Below the pieces are notes generated by a model. The model was not told the origin of the DNA, made no database searches, and saw only the letters and a program-made list of their open reading frames with translations. This document shows positions 38,977 to 48,366 of a stretch of DNA of 64,000 nucleotides, piece after piece (positions within the stretch are counted from its first letter, which is position 1; every line of letters begins with the position of its first letter). The DNA is taken from assembly GCA_050115495.1 (NCBI GenBank), contig JASFQK010000009.1:97163-161162 (forward strand). The letters run 5' to 3'. The position numbers were made by a program, and so were the translations under genes. The stretch is from Phycisphaerae bacterium. Lineage in GTDB: Bacteria; Planctomycetota; Phycisphaerae; UBA1845; Fen-1342.

Positions 38977-39992
38977 CGGGCCTCACTCGCAGGTTGCTGC
39001 CAGGCGCGAACGACTTCGTTTTCGAGCAGCGTCTCGGGCGTCACGCCGAGCGACTCGTACCATTTCTTCAGCCGCGTCAGCCCCTCACGCAAACCGATCT
39101 CGGGCGTGAAGCCGACCAGTTCGCGGGCCCGCGTCGTGTCCGCGTACAGCCGCAGGACGTCGCCCGGCCGAGGGGCATCGTGCTGCAACTCGGCGTCGGG
39201 GCGTCCCACCGCCGCCGCCACCTCGCCGGCCAGTTCGTTGATGCTGATCTCGCGGCCGAAGCCGATGTTGAGCGTCTGCCCGATGGCGGCGCCGCAATCG
39301 GCCACGGCCCTGATGCCGCGAGCCGTGTCGCTGACGAACGTGAAATCGCGCGTCTGCGTCCCGTCGCCGAAGGCGATCATCGGCCGCCCCGCCCAGCAGC
39401 GCAGCAGGAACTTCGGTATGACCTCGCCGCTGTCGCCCTCGTGGTGGGATCGCGGGCCGTAGGCGTTGAACGGCCGGACGACGACCGTCGCATAGTCGTA
39501 CGTCCGATGAAACGCCCGCGTGTAGCACTCGCCCGCCAACTTCGACGAGCCGTACACCGTCATCGGGAACGTCGGGTGCTCCTCGGTCATGGGCACGTGC
39601 TGCGCGGTGCCGTACACCTCCGAGCTCGACACGTACACGAACCGCCGAACGCCGTGCCGCCGGGCGGCGAGCAGCAGATCGAGCGTGCCGCGGGCGTTCA
39701 CCTCATGGTTTTCGAGCGGAGCGTGGATCGAGTGCCGCACGCCGAGACAGGCCAGATGGAACACCGTGTCCACCTCGTCCATCAGCGCCTCGACCCGCTC
39801 GCGGTCGCGGATATCCACCACGTGCAGCGCCACGCGGCTGGTGGGCAGGTCGGCGAGGTTCTCCCGCCGACCGTTGACGAGGTTGTCCACGACGACAACC
39901 TGGGCTTCACTGGCGGCAAGCTGGCGGACCAGCTCCGAGCCGATGAAGCCCGCTCCGCCGGTCACGAGCACCTTTCGCGTCTGGTTACTCAT
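38973..39992 (-). CDS. NAD-dependent nucleotide-sugar epimerase/dehydratase
   Basis: TGGAGFIG, SSSEVYG, YGSSK, RPFNAYGP, GDGTQTRDF. Confidence 0.95.
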   Translation of the reverse strand: MSNQTRKVLVTGGAGFIGSELVRQLAASEAQVVVVDNLVNGRRENLADLPTSRVALHVVDIRDRERVEALMDEVDTVFHLACLGVRHSIHAPLENHEVNARGTLDLLLAARRHGVRRFVYVSSSEVYGTAQHVPMTEEHPTFPMTVYGSSKLAGECYTRAFHRTYDYATVVVRPFNAYGPRSHHEGDSGEVIPKFLLRCWAGRPMIAFGDGTQTRDFTFVSDTARGIRAVADCGAAIGQTLNIGFGREISINELAGEVAAAVGRPDAELQHDAPRPGDVLRLYADTTRARELVGFTPEIGLREGLTRLKKWYESLGVTPETLLENEVVRAWQQPASEAR

Positions 39993-40999
39993 CGGGCGTG
40001 GTTCTCCGAGTGCTGGGCGAGCAGGTCTTCGAGTCGGCGGAGGCGCTCATGCAGAGCCGGCAGGCTCAGACCAAGCCGGTCGCGGATCGACGTTATCACG
40101 GTCGCCGCGGCAACCGGATCGCCGCCGGCCACCTGCACCTCTTCCAGGCGCAGCACGCCGTCGCCGGTGAGCACGTCCACCGTGCCGTGCTCGCGCGAGA
40201 TGCCGACCACGGCGCCAGGGACGCGGCCGGCGTACGTCGGTGCGTCGGCCAGCGGACGGGCTCGCCATACGTACAGCCGCCGCCCGTCGTGGTATGTGAA
40301 CGCCCCGGGATAGGGCCGGGTCAGCGCCCGCACCTGGTTGTATACCCGCGCCGTCGGCGCGGACCAGTCGATCAACCCATCTTCCGGCGTGCGCGGACAG
40401 CACCACGTCGCCGCTGATTCGTCCTGGGCAATCCGGGGCAATTCGCCGGCCAGCAACGTTTGGTGCGCCGCACACACCAGCCGCACCGTCGCCGCACAGA
40501 CACGCTCGTACACCTGTGGCGCCGTGTCGTCCGGGCCGATGGGCACGCGTTCCTGCGAGACGATGTCGCCGGCGTCGGTCCGCTCGCTCAGGCAGAAGAG
40601 CGTCACACCCGTGTGATCGGCGCCGTTGAGCAGCGCCCAGTTCAGCGGGGCAAACCCCCGATTCGCCGGCAGCAGCGAATCGTGCACCGCCAGCGTCCCC
40701 CGCGGCGGCACCTCGTACACCTCCGGCGGGATCACCACGCGGCAGCCGACGACGAACGCGACATCCGGCCGCAAGTCGTCACGGAGCAGCGCGGCGTAAT
40801 CGCGGTCCTTCAGCCAGCGTGTTTCGTAGCACGGCGCACCGGCCTGGGCGGCCAGGCTGCGCATCGGCTCCTCGTAGCGTTCGGTCTCATGCGCGTGTTG
40901 TTCGAGGCTGATCACGCCGCACACGTCCGCGTGCTGCGCGAGCAGGGCCGCCAGCGCGGCGTGACCGCGCCGAGTGCCGCCGATGAACAGGGTGCGCAT
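39989..40999 (-). CDS. Sugar N-formyltransferase (ArnA-N/Fmt fold)
   Basis: HDSLLPANRGFAPLNWAL, DAGDI, RTPEDG, PYPGAF; sits in a nucleotide-sugar operon. Confidence 0.88.
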   Translation of the reverse strand: MRTLFIGGTRRGHAALAALLAQHADVCGVISLEQHAHETERYEEPMRSLAAQAGAPCYETRWLKDRDYAALLRDDLRPDVAFVVGCRVVIPPEVYEVPPRGTLAVHDSLLPANRGFAPLNWALLNGADHTGVTLFCLSERTDAGDIVSQERVPIGPDDTAPQVYERVCAATVRLVCAAHQTLLAGELPRIAQDESAATWCCPRTPEDGLIDWSAPTARVYNQVRALTRPYPGAFTYHDGRRLYVWRARPLADAPTYAGRVPGAVVGISREHGTVDVLTGDGVLRLEEVQVAGGDPVAAATVITSIRDRLGLSLPALHERLRRLEDLLAQHSENHAR

Positions 41000-41001
41000 C
41001 G

Positions 41002-42096
41002 CTACCCTCCGCGGATGACCTCGACCACGTGCCGGACGGCCTTCTCGCTCAACTCGGCGAACATGGGCAGCGAGAGCTCCTCGCGGGCCACGCGCTCGGA
41101 GACGGGGAAGTCGCCCGCCTTGTACCCCAGGTCCGCGTGGAACCCCTGAAGGTGCGCGGGGATCGGGTAATGCAGGTTCGTGCCGATCTCGGCGGCCTGG
41201 AGACGCGATATCAGCGCCTCCCGCTCCGGCGTGCAGATGCCGTAGACGTGGTACACGTGCCGGGAGTAGTCCATCTCCTTCGGCGGAACCACGCCGCTGT
41301 CGGCCAGCAGCTTTGTGTAGAGCGCAGCGTGCGACCGCCGGGCCTCGGTCCAGGCCTCCAGCCGCCGCAGCTTCACCCGCAGCACCGCCCCCTGGAAGCC
41401 GTCCATGCGGTAGTTGTAGCCGGGCAGCTCGTGGTGATGCTTGCGGGCCTGACCCCAGTCACGCATCTTGCGGATCATCGCGGCGTGGTCGTCGTTGTTG
41501 GTCACGACGCACCCACCCTCGCCGTACGCCCCGAGGTTCTTGCCCGGGTAGAAGCTGAAGCAGCCGATGTCCCCCATGCTGCCGGCGGGGCGGTCGCGAT
41601 AGCGGGCCCCGTGGGCCTGGGCGGCGTCCTCGATCACCGCCAGCTTGTGCCGGCGGGCCGTCGCCAGGATCGGGTCCATGTCGGCCGGCTGCCCGTACAG
41701 GTGCACGGGCATGATGGCCTTCGTGCGGGGCGTGATCGCCGCTTCGAGCTGACCCGGATCCATCGTGTACGAAACCGGGTCGATGTCCACAAACACCGGC
41801 CGGGCCTGGGCATAGCGAATGGCAGCCACCGTGGCCACGAACGTATGCGGTACGGTGATAACCTCGTCGCCGGGCTGAATCCCCGCCGCCAGCAGGGCCA
41901 GGTGCAGGGCGCTGGTACCCGAGTTCACGGCGATGGCGTGCGTCGTGCCGCAATGGGTGGCGAACTCACGTTCGAACGCGGCCACCTCGTCGCCGAGGAC
42001 GAACTGGCAGCTCTCCAGCACGCGGCCGAGAGCCTGCTGCACGTCATCCTTGATTTCCTGGTACTGCGCCTTCAGGTCGAGAAAGGGCACTTTCAT
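41002..42096 (-). CDS. DegT-family aminotransferase (WbpE/FdtB-like)
   Basis: VPFLDLKAQY, VHLYGQ, EDAAQAHG, SFYPGKNLG. Confidence 0.95.
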   Translation of the reverse strand: MKVPFLDLKAQYQEIKDDVQQALGRVLESCQFVLGDEVAAFEREFATHCGTTHAIAVNSGTSALHLALLAAGIQPGDEVITVPHTFVATVAAIRYAQARPVFVDIDPVSYTMDPGQLEAAITPRTKAIMPVHLYGQPADMDPILATARRHKLAVIEDAAQAHGARYRDRPAGSMGDIGCFSFYPGKNLGAYGEGGCVVTNNDDHAAMIRKMRDWGQARKHHHELPGYNYRMDGFQGAVLRVKLRRLEAWTEARRSHAALYTKLLADSGVVPPKEMDYSRHVYHVYGICTPEREALISRLQAAEIGTNLHYPIPAHLQGFHADLGYKAGDFPVSERVAREELSLPMFAELSEKAVRHVVEVIRGG

Positions 42097-42183
42097 GATG
42101 CTTCCCTGCCGCCGTTCCCCCGGCCGACGAAGACCGACTTCCTGCTCACAACGGATTCACCGCGCGCACATTTGCCGCGGTCG

Positions 42184-42212
42184 ATTATGCGTGCGCCCTC
42201 ACGGACTGTCAA
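42184..42212 (-). promoter_or_regulatory. Internal sigma70 promoter
   Basis: TTGACA-N17-CATAAT on the minus strand upstream of 42096. Confidence 0.7.
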
Positions 42213-42231
42213 CGAAGCCTGGCGCCGCCGG

Positions 42232-43239
42232 TCACAGCTCGATCGGCCGGCCGTTGTCCCGGATCGACTGCGACGCCGCTTCGAGAATGCGCACGACGCG
42301 CAACCCGGCCTGGCCGTCGGTCTCGGGCGTCTTGCTCTGCTCGATGCACTCGACGAAATGCGCCGCCTCGGTGCGCAAAGCCTCCATCTGCGGCACCTTC
42401 GGACACCACATGTCGCCTGTGCGGTAGCTGATGAGGTGCTTGTGGACCTCCTCCGGATCCTTCGAGATCGTCACGCCCTTGTCGTACACCTTGACCTTCT
42501 CGCTCGGCTCGAGATCGTCATAGACGATCATCTTCTCGCTGCCGCCGATGACCGTTCGGCGGAGCTTGACCGGAGCGAGCCAGTTGACGTGCACGTGGGC
42601 GATGAGCGGCCCCTCGAAGAAGACGGTCAGGAAGGCCGTGTTCTCCGGTTCGCCGGGGATGTGGCTGATGCCCGTCGCTGACACGGCCCGCGCCCGGTGC
42701 GGCAGCAGGTAGTCCATGATGGACAGGTCGTGCACGGCGAGATCCCAGACGACGTTGATGTCATGCTGGAACAGGCCGAGGTTGATGCGCGACGAGTCGT
42801 AGTAATAGACCTGCCCGAACTGCCCGCCGGCGATGATCTCGTGGATCTTTCGCACGGCGCCGGTGTAGATGAACGTGTGGTCCACCATGCACACCCGCTT
42901 GCGCCGGTCGGCCTCTTCGACCAGCCGGGCCGCCTCTTCGGCGCTGCCGGTCAGCGGCTTCTCGACAAGCAGGTGCTTGCCGGCGGCCAGGGCCTGCATC
43001 GCGAGGTCAAAGTGCGACGAGACGGGCGTGGCGATCAGCACGGCGTCGATCCGCTTGTCGGCCAGCACCTCGGCGTACTCGGTCGTCACCTGCACGGTCG
43101 GGTAGCGGACGCGCACCGACTCCAGCCGCTCCGGCCGCGCGTCGCAGACCGTCACCACCTCGGCCGTGGGCAGCTCGTAGAAGTTGCGCACCAGGTTCGG
43201 CCCCCAGTAGCCGTAGCCGATCACTGCCACTCGTACCAT
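42232..43239 (-). CDS. Gfo/Idh/MocA nucleotide-sugar 3-dehydrogenase (WbpB/WlbA-like)
   Basis: GYGYWG, EKP, DLAVHD. Confidence 0.9.
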   Translation of the reverse strand: MVRVAVIGYGYWGPNLVRNFYELPTAEVVTVCDARPERLESVRVRYPTVQVTTEYAEVLADKRIDAVLIATPVSSHFDLAMQALAAGKHLLVEKPLTGSAEEAARLVEEADRRKRVCMVDHTFIYTGAVRKIHEIIAGGQFGQVYYYDSSRINLGLFQHDINVVWDLAVHDLSIMDYLLPHRARAVSATGISHIPGEPENTAFLTVFFEGPLIAHVHVNWLAPVKLRRTVIGGSEKMIVYDDLEPSEKVKVYDKGVTISKDPEEVHKHLISYRTGDMWCPKVPQMEALRTEAAHFVECIEQSKTPETDGQAGLRVVRILEAASQSIRDNGRPIEL

Positions 43240-43300
43240 GGATTCATCCTCCGGGGCCGCCGGCGACGCTGCGCCACCCGACCCATCTTGCCGGAAAGGC

Positions 43301-43789
43301 TCAGGCGCCCTTCTTTCGCCGGTCGCGCACGTCGCCGATGACGCGGGCCGGCACGCCGGCCACGATGGCGTGGTCGGGCACGTCGTGCGTCACCACCGCC
43401 CCGGCACCGATCAGGGCCCCGCAGCCGATGGTCACGCCGCCGAGAATCGTCGCGTTGCTCCCGATCGAGGCCCGGGCCCCCACCCGCGTCTCGATCAGCT
43501 CCCAGTCGGCGTCGGTTTGCAGGCTGCCGTCCTCGTTGACCGCCTGCGGATACGTATCGTTGATGAACATCACGCCGTGGCCGACGAAGACGCCGTCCTC
43601 GATCGTCACGCCCGAGCAGATGAACGTGTGACTCGAGACCTTGCAGTGGCGGCCGATGGTCGCGTCCCGCTGAATCTCGACGAACGTGCCGATGCGCGAC
43701 CCATCGCCGATCCGACACCCGTACAGGTTCACCAGGTCCGGGTGGTGGATCTTGACGTCTTCGCCCAGCACGACCGAATCGGCGATCAT
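43301..43789 (-). CDS. Hexapeptide-repeat N-acyltransferase (WbpD/WlbB-like)
   Basis: VNLYGCRIG, FINDTYP, IGAGAVVTHDVP, VAGVPA. Confidence 0.9.
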   Translation of the reverse strand: MIADSVVLGEDVKIHHPDLVNLYGCRIGDGSRIGTFVEIQRDATIGRHCKVSSHTFICSGVTIEDGVFVGHGVMFINDTYPQAVNEDGSLQTDADWELIETRVGARASIGSNATILGGVTIGCGALIGAGAVVTHDVPDHAIVAGVPARVIGDVRDRRKKGA

Positions 43790-43808
43790 CCGCGCGCTCC
43801 TGACCCCG

Positions 43809-45692
43809 TCACTCTCCACCGGGCTGGCTGGCCGGCGCCGACTGCGTCGCGGCCGGCTCGTACTCCACGATCTCGCGCACCGGCAGGGCCTCCCGCACGG
43901 CCACGTCCACCAGTGGTGCGCCGCGCTCGCCGATCTGCACGGCCAGCGGGAACGACACGACGTACTCCTCGCCGCTATCCCGCAGCACGTGCAGGTCGCG
44001 AATCAGGCGCACCTCGCCGTCGCGCCAGGTGAACACAAGCGTCGTCGCCGGATCGTGCGGCTTGTCCTGCACGATAATCCGGCCGGCGTTTTCAACGGCC
44101 GTCGGGACCTTGAAGCGGGTGCCCCAGTCGCGCGTGTACGGCACGGTGGCATACAGGTCATAGCGATGATACGCCGTTCGCAAAAGGGCCTCGGCCGCCC
44201 ATTCGATCTCGAAGCCGCCGTGTAGCAGGTGATCCAGCGCCGGGTATTCCGGGAACGTTACCTGGTCGACCGCCAGCGGCACGACCCGCGCATCGTGCGG
44301 CAGGTCCTCGCTGCGGATCACCGCGGTCAGGTCGGCGAGTTGCCGCTGATCGAGCGCCGACCGCCGGGCGTAGGCCTCGGCGAAGCCTACCGTCACCAGC
44401 GTGTGCACTACGAACAGCACGCCCAGCAGGCAAAGCATGAAACCGCGGAATCCGTCGTGCCGCACGATCCGGGCGATGAGCCACAGCGCCGCCGCCGCCC
44501 CGACGGCCAGCAGCAGATAGGGCACGTACAACTGCCGCGATTCCACGTAGAGGAACGAGACCAGGCACAGCGGAAACAGCAGCACCACCAGCGCGCCCGC
44601 CAGGGCCGCGAGCATCGTAAGCACACCGACGTACCACGGCTGTGGCGGTTTGTCGCGCCGTGAGCGCCAGCCGATCGGCGTCAGCATGAGCCCGCCGCCG
44701 ACGATCAGCATCGCCAGGCCGAGCCACGAGCCGCACACCTTCTCCAGGCCGATCACGGACCCTTCGCGCAGCATCGCCCGCGCCTGCCCCGTGACCAGCA
44801 ACTCGGGCGCAAGCCGCAGAATCTCCTTGCACTGCCCGTAGATGATCGGCAGCGCCGTCACCAGCCCGCCGCGTGTGTTGATGTCCTTCGACTCGCCGTA
44901 GAGCCACAGAAAGCAGACGGCGCTGAGGAGCATCGGCCACAGGGGCACGAACACGGCCCGTCGCAGAATACGGTAACGCTCGGTCCGCTGCGGCTGCACG
45001 GCCAGGATGGCGCCGAACGCCACCAGCAGGCCCAGCACCCCAACGTGCTGCTCGACGATCAGCAGCGCCCCGAGGAAGGCCACGGTGCCGACCAGCCACC
45101 ACACGGCCCCCGGCCGAACGCCCTCGATCACGAACAGAAAGGCGTGCAGGTACACCAGCGTGAACAGCGTCATCAGCAGGTAGTTGCCGCCCGTGGTCCA
45201 GAGCATCGCCTGGTGCATCGGCGCGCAGCTCAGGGCCAGCAGCACCGCGACCGTCGCCGCGAACCACGAGCGCAGCAGGCGATACGCCAGCCAGCCGATC
45301 AGCACCGCGTTCAGCGCCGCGGCCCCAGCGAACATGGCCCGCACCAATACCTCGTATCCGTCGGCGATGAGCAGAACCGAGTTGCGGGCGAGCATGTAGC
45401 TCAGCCCGCGAGCCGTGGGCACGACGGTAAGAACGTAGAAGAACGTCTTGCGCGCCCCGGTCTCGGCGTCATGGCTGATGATGTAGTTGGCGTAGTCGTC
45501 GTTGTAGAACCCACGTTGCCAGACGAGGAAGTAGCCGAGCAGCGTCAGGAGCACGGCGCCGGCGATCCAGGTCCGTCGCCACGCCGGCTTTGGCTGCGCT
45601 GCAACCGCCGGCCGCGCTGGCGCAGCGCCGTCGACATCGCGGCCGGGCGCCGTCGGCGGCGTTTCCGGTGGCTGGTTTGGAACTTCTGGCAT
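43809..45692 (-). CDS. Polytopic membrane protein, GT-C/GtrII-like
   Basis: GFYNDDY after TM1, about 11 TMs, ESRQLY, C-terminal extracytoplasmic domain. Confidence 0.7.
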   Translation of the reverse strand: MPEVPNQPPETPPTAPGRDVDGAAPARPAVAAQPKPAWRRTWIAGAVLLTLLGYFLVWQRGFYNDDYANYIISHDAETGARKTFFYVLTVVPTARGLSYMLARNSVLLIADGYEVLVRAMFAGAAALNAVLIGWLAYRLLRSWFAATVAVLLALSCAPMHQAMLWTTGGNYLLMTLFTLVYLHAFLFVIEGVRPGAVWWLVGTVAFLGALLIVEQHVGVLGLLVAFGAILAVQPQRTERYRILRRAVFVPLWPMLLSAVCFLWLYGESKDINTRGGLVTALPIIYGQCKEILRLAPELLVTGQARAMLREGSVIGLEKVCGSWLGLAMLIVGGGLMLTPIGWRSRRDKPPQPWYVGVLTMLAALAGALVVLLFPLCLVSFLYVESRQLYVPYLLLAVGAAAALWLIARIVRHDGFRGFMLCLLGVLFVVHTLVTVGFAEAYARRSALDQRQLADLTAVIRSEDLPHDARVVPLAVDQVTFPEYPALDHLLHGGFEIEWAAEALLRTAYHRYDLYATVPYTRDWGTRFKVPTAVENAGRIIVQDKPHDPATTLVFTWRDGEVRLIRDLHVLRDSGEEYVVSFPLAVQIGERGAPLVDVAVREALPVREIVEYEPAATQSAPASQPGGE

Positions 45693-45791
45693 GGACTACC
45701 CTGGGGGCAGGCGACGCATCACCTGCCGACGCAATCCCGAGAAACTCACGTCTGTGTCTTGCTGGCCAGGCCCGCCGGCGGGACACCGCCC

Positions 45792-45821
45792 ATTGTAGGT
45801 CGGTCGCAAGTGACGCGTCAA
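45792..45821 (-). promoter_or_regulatory. sigma70 promoter for the leftward sugar operon
   Basis: TTGACG-N18-TACAAT. Confidence 0.7.
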
Positions 45822-45850
45822 TCGCGCTCCCCGCGCGGCGCGCCGGCAAG

Positions 45851-45879
45851 TTGACACTGTTGCGCGCCGCGCGGATAAT
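45851..45879 (+). promoter_or_regulatory. sigma70 promoter for the wzt operon
   Basis: TTGACA-N17-GATAAT. Confidence 0.75.
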
Positions 45880-46083
45880 CCGCCCACACAGGACGCATAT
45901 GCTCGTGGGCAACGTGCCGCCGTTGGCCCGGTGTGCGGCCGGTGGCATTCCCCTGTGGAGGGGAAGCTGCGCCACGCAGGCGTGCGGCGCCGGGACGCCC
46001 GGGTGGCGTGGTGCGGTTGTCGGGCCGGCGGCCGAACGATTTCTCATAGCGCGCTCTCACTTAGCGCAAGCGGGCGTTGGCCA

Positions 46084-47412
46084 ATGTCCCTGGATGACTC
46101 GCCGGCCGGCGATCAGAACGTCGCCATTGACGTGCGCCACGTCAGCAAGGCGTACCGCGTCTACGCCTGCCCCGCCGACCGCTTCAAGCAGGCCTTCGCC
46201 TGGGGCCGCCGCCAGTACTACCGCGAATTCATGGCCCTCGACGACGTGAACCTCCAGGTCCGTCGCGGCGAGATGGTCGGCATCATCGGCCGCAACGGCA
46301 GCGGCAAGAGCACCCTCCTCCAGATCATCGCCGGCACCCTGGCCGCCACCCGCGGCGAGATCACCGTCGCCGGCCGCGTCGCCGCCCTGCTCGAGCTCGG
46401 CTCCGGCTTCGACCACGAGGCCACCGGCGCCGAGAACATCTACATGAACGGCGCCCTGCTCGGTTTGCCCCGCGACGAGATCCAGGCCAAGTACGACGCC
46501 ATCGTCCGCTTCGCCGACATCGGCGAGTTCGTCGACCAGCCCGTCAAGACCTACAGCAGCGGCATGGTCGTCCGCCTCGCCTTCGCCGTCGCAGCCCACG
46601 TCGACGCCCGCATCCTCATCGTCGATGAGGCCCTCGCCGTCGGCGACGCCCCGTTCCAGGCCAAGTGCTTCCGCCGCATCGAGCGCCTCCGCGACGACGG
46701 TGTCACCATCCTCCTGGCCACGCACGACACGACCGCCGTGTCCGAGCTGTGCGACCGGGCCCTGCTCCTCGACCACGGCCGCATGATCCTGCTGGCCGAC
46801 GGCAAGTCCGTCGCCGAGGAGTACTACCGCCGCGTCCGCGATATTCAGAAACAGGAAACGCGGGCCCCGGCCACCGCGGTACAACCCGCCGCCGCAGCGC
46901 CGACCCACGCCGCCACGCAGGACAACGGCCAGCTCGAACCTCTCGGCCCTTCACAGGGGACCCGCCTCGGTAACGGCCACGCCGAGATCTACGGCTTCGC
47001 CATCTACGACGACCGCGGCCGTCGCAGCCGCTCGCTCACCGCCCGCCGGCCGGCCCGCATCGTCGTCGGCGTACGCTTCCACGTCGACCTGCCCGAGCCG
47101 CACATCGGCGCCTGCCTGCGCGACGTGCAGGGCCGCATCCTCGTCGGCGGACACACGCTCTACGAGAACGTGCAGGTCGGCCCCGTTCGCGCCGGCCAGG
47201 AGATCACCGTCTCCTTCGAGCTGCCCATGCTGCTCAACCCGGGAAAGTACATGCTCATGTTCGGCGTCGCCGAGCACGACGGGCCGAGCGCCTGGCAGGA
47301 CTGCGACATCTTCTTCGACTACTGCGAGGTTGAGGTCTGCGGCCCGGACCGCGCCTGGGGCCTGATCAACACGCCCGCCCGCGTCCACGTCGGCAAGGAG
47401 CAGTCCTTATGA
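46084..47412 (+). CDS. wzt: Polysaccharide ABC exporter ATPase with C-terminal carbohydrate-binding domain
   Basis: GRNGSGKST, YSSGM, DEALAVGD, Wzt_C-like tail. Confidence 0.95.
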   Translation: MSLDDSPAGDQNVAIDVRHVSKAYRVYACPADRFKQAFAWGRRQYYREFMALDDVNLQVRRGEMVGIIGRNGSGKSTLLQIIAGTLAATRGEITVAGRVAALLELGSGFDHEATGAENIYMNGALLGLPRDEIQAKYDAIVRFADIGEFVDQPVKTYSSGMVVRLAFAVAAHVDARILIVDEALAVGDAPFQAKCFRRIERLRDDGVTILLATHDTTAVSELCDRALLLDHGRMILLADGKSVAEEYYRRVRDIQKQETRAPATAVQPAAAAPTHAATQDNGQLEPLGPSQGTRLGNGHAEIYGFAIYDDRGRRSRSLTARRPARIVVGVRFHVDLPEPHIGACLRDVQGRILVGGHTLYENVQVGPVRAGQEITVSFELPMLLNPGKYMLMFGVAEHDGPSAWQDCDIFFDYCEVEVCGPDRAWGLINTPARVHVGKEQSL

Positions 47413-48353
47413 CCGACTCCGCCGCAACACCCGCCCGCCACGACGAGCGTGTCGATCCGCTGCACGCCGAGCCGGCCATGGCCGCCCAGAACTGGGTCCG
47501 TTACGACTGGGCCGCCCGCTTCCTGCCCGCCGGCCGCGTGCTGGACTGCGCCTGCGGCGTCGGCTACGGCAGTGCCATCCTCCGCGAGCGCGGCGCCGGC
47601 GAAGTCATCGCCATCGACAGTTGCCCCCAGACGCTCGCCGAGGCCCGCCGTCGCTACGGCCGCCCTGGCATCGAGTTCGTCCAGGCCGATGCCTTCGCCC
47701 TTCAGCCGGCGGAGCTGGGTGCATTCGACCTGATCGTCTGCCTCGAAACAGTCGAGCACGTGGCCGAGCCGCAGCGGCTGCTCGACGTCTTCGGCCACCT
47801 GCTCGCTCCCACCGGCCGACTGCTCGTCTCCGTGCCGAATGATGTCCACCTCGGCGGCGACAATCCGTACCACCTGTGGCGCGGAACCTTCGCCGAAGTG
47901 AGCGGCTGGCTCGCGCAGCGTTTCGCCCACGTCAGCGTCTACGCCCAGGTGCAGAACCTCGGCAGCGCCGTCTGGCCCCGCGCCGCCACCGAGCAGCGCA
48001 CGCCCGACGAGCCCCCCGCCGATTCAACCGTCCGGCTGCTGGACACGCTAGCGATCGAGCGCAGCCAAGCGTTCCTTTTCGCCTGCGGGTCGTCGCCGCT
48101 GCCGCCGGTGGCTCCGGTCTCCGCCGAACTGCTTGACGGGCTGGGCTACGTGCGCGAGTTGGAAGAGGTGCGTGACAAGCTCTGGGCCGAGGCGCAGCGT
48201 CTGGCCGCCGGCTGGGAAGAGCAGAAGCGTTATATCGAGGGGCTGGAGAAGAAGCACCAGAAGGTGCTCGCGGAACTGGGCGAGCAGCGTGCGCTCGTCG
48301 AACGACAGGCCGCCCGCATCCACGAATTGGAAGCACAGCGGCCTCGCCGGTGA
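47409..48353 (+). CDS. SAM-dependent methyltransferase with coiled-coil tail (WbdD-like chain terminator)
   Basis: RY.WA, VLDCACGVGYG, ETVEH, SVPN, NPYH; heptad C-terminus. Confidence 0.85.
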   Translation: MTDSAATPARHDERVDPLHAEPAMAAQNWVRYDWAARFLPAGRVLDCACGVGYGSAILRERGAGEVIAIDSCPQTLAEARRRYGRPGIEFVQADAFALQPAELGAFDLIVCLETVEHVAEPQRLLDVFGHLLAPTGRLLVSVPNDVHLGGDNPYHLWRGTFAEVSGWLAQRFAHVSVYAQVQNLGSAVWPRAATEQRTPDEPPADSTVRLLDTLAIERSQAFLFACGSSPLPPVAPVSAELLDGLGYVRELEEVRDKLWAEAQRLAAGWEEQKRYIEGLEKKHQKVLAELGEQRALVERQAARIHELEAQRPRR

Positions 48354-48366
48354 GGAGTACGGTCCG

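Noticed and set aside
39989..40999. Housekeeping methionyl-tRNA formyltransferase (fmt)
   Set aside because: Lacks the FMGTP start, resembles ArnA-N, and is embedded in a nucleotide-sugar operon
48133..48366. ORF-track N-terminal extensions (here and at 155-913, 19050-20654, 21057, 36566-38464, 55785)
   Set aside because: They overlap neighbouring genes or repeats; downstream starts have an RBS or family-typical N-termini
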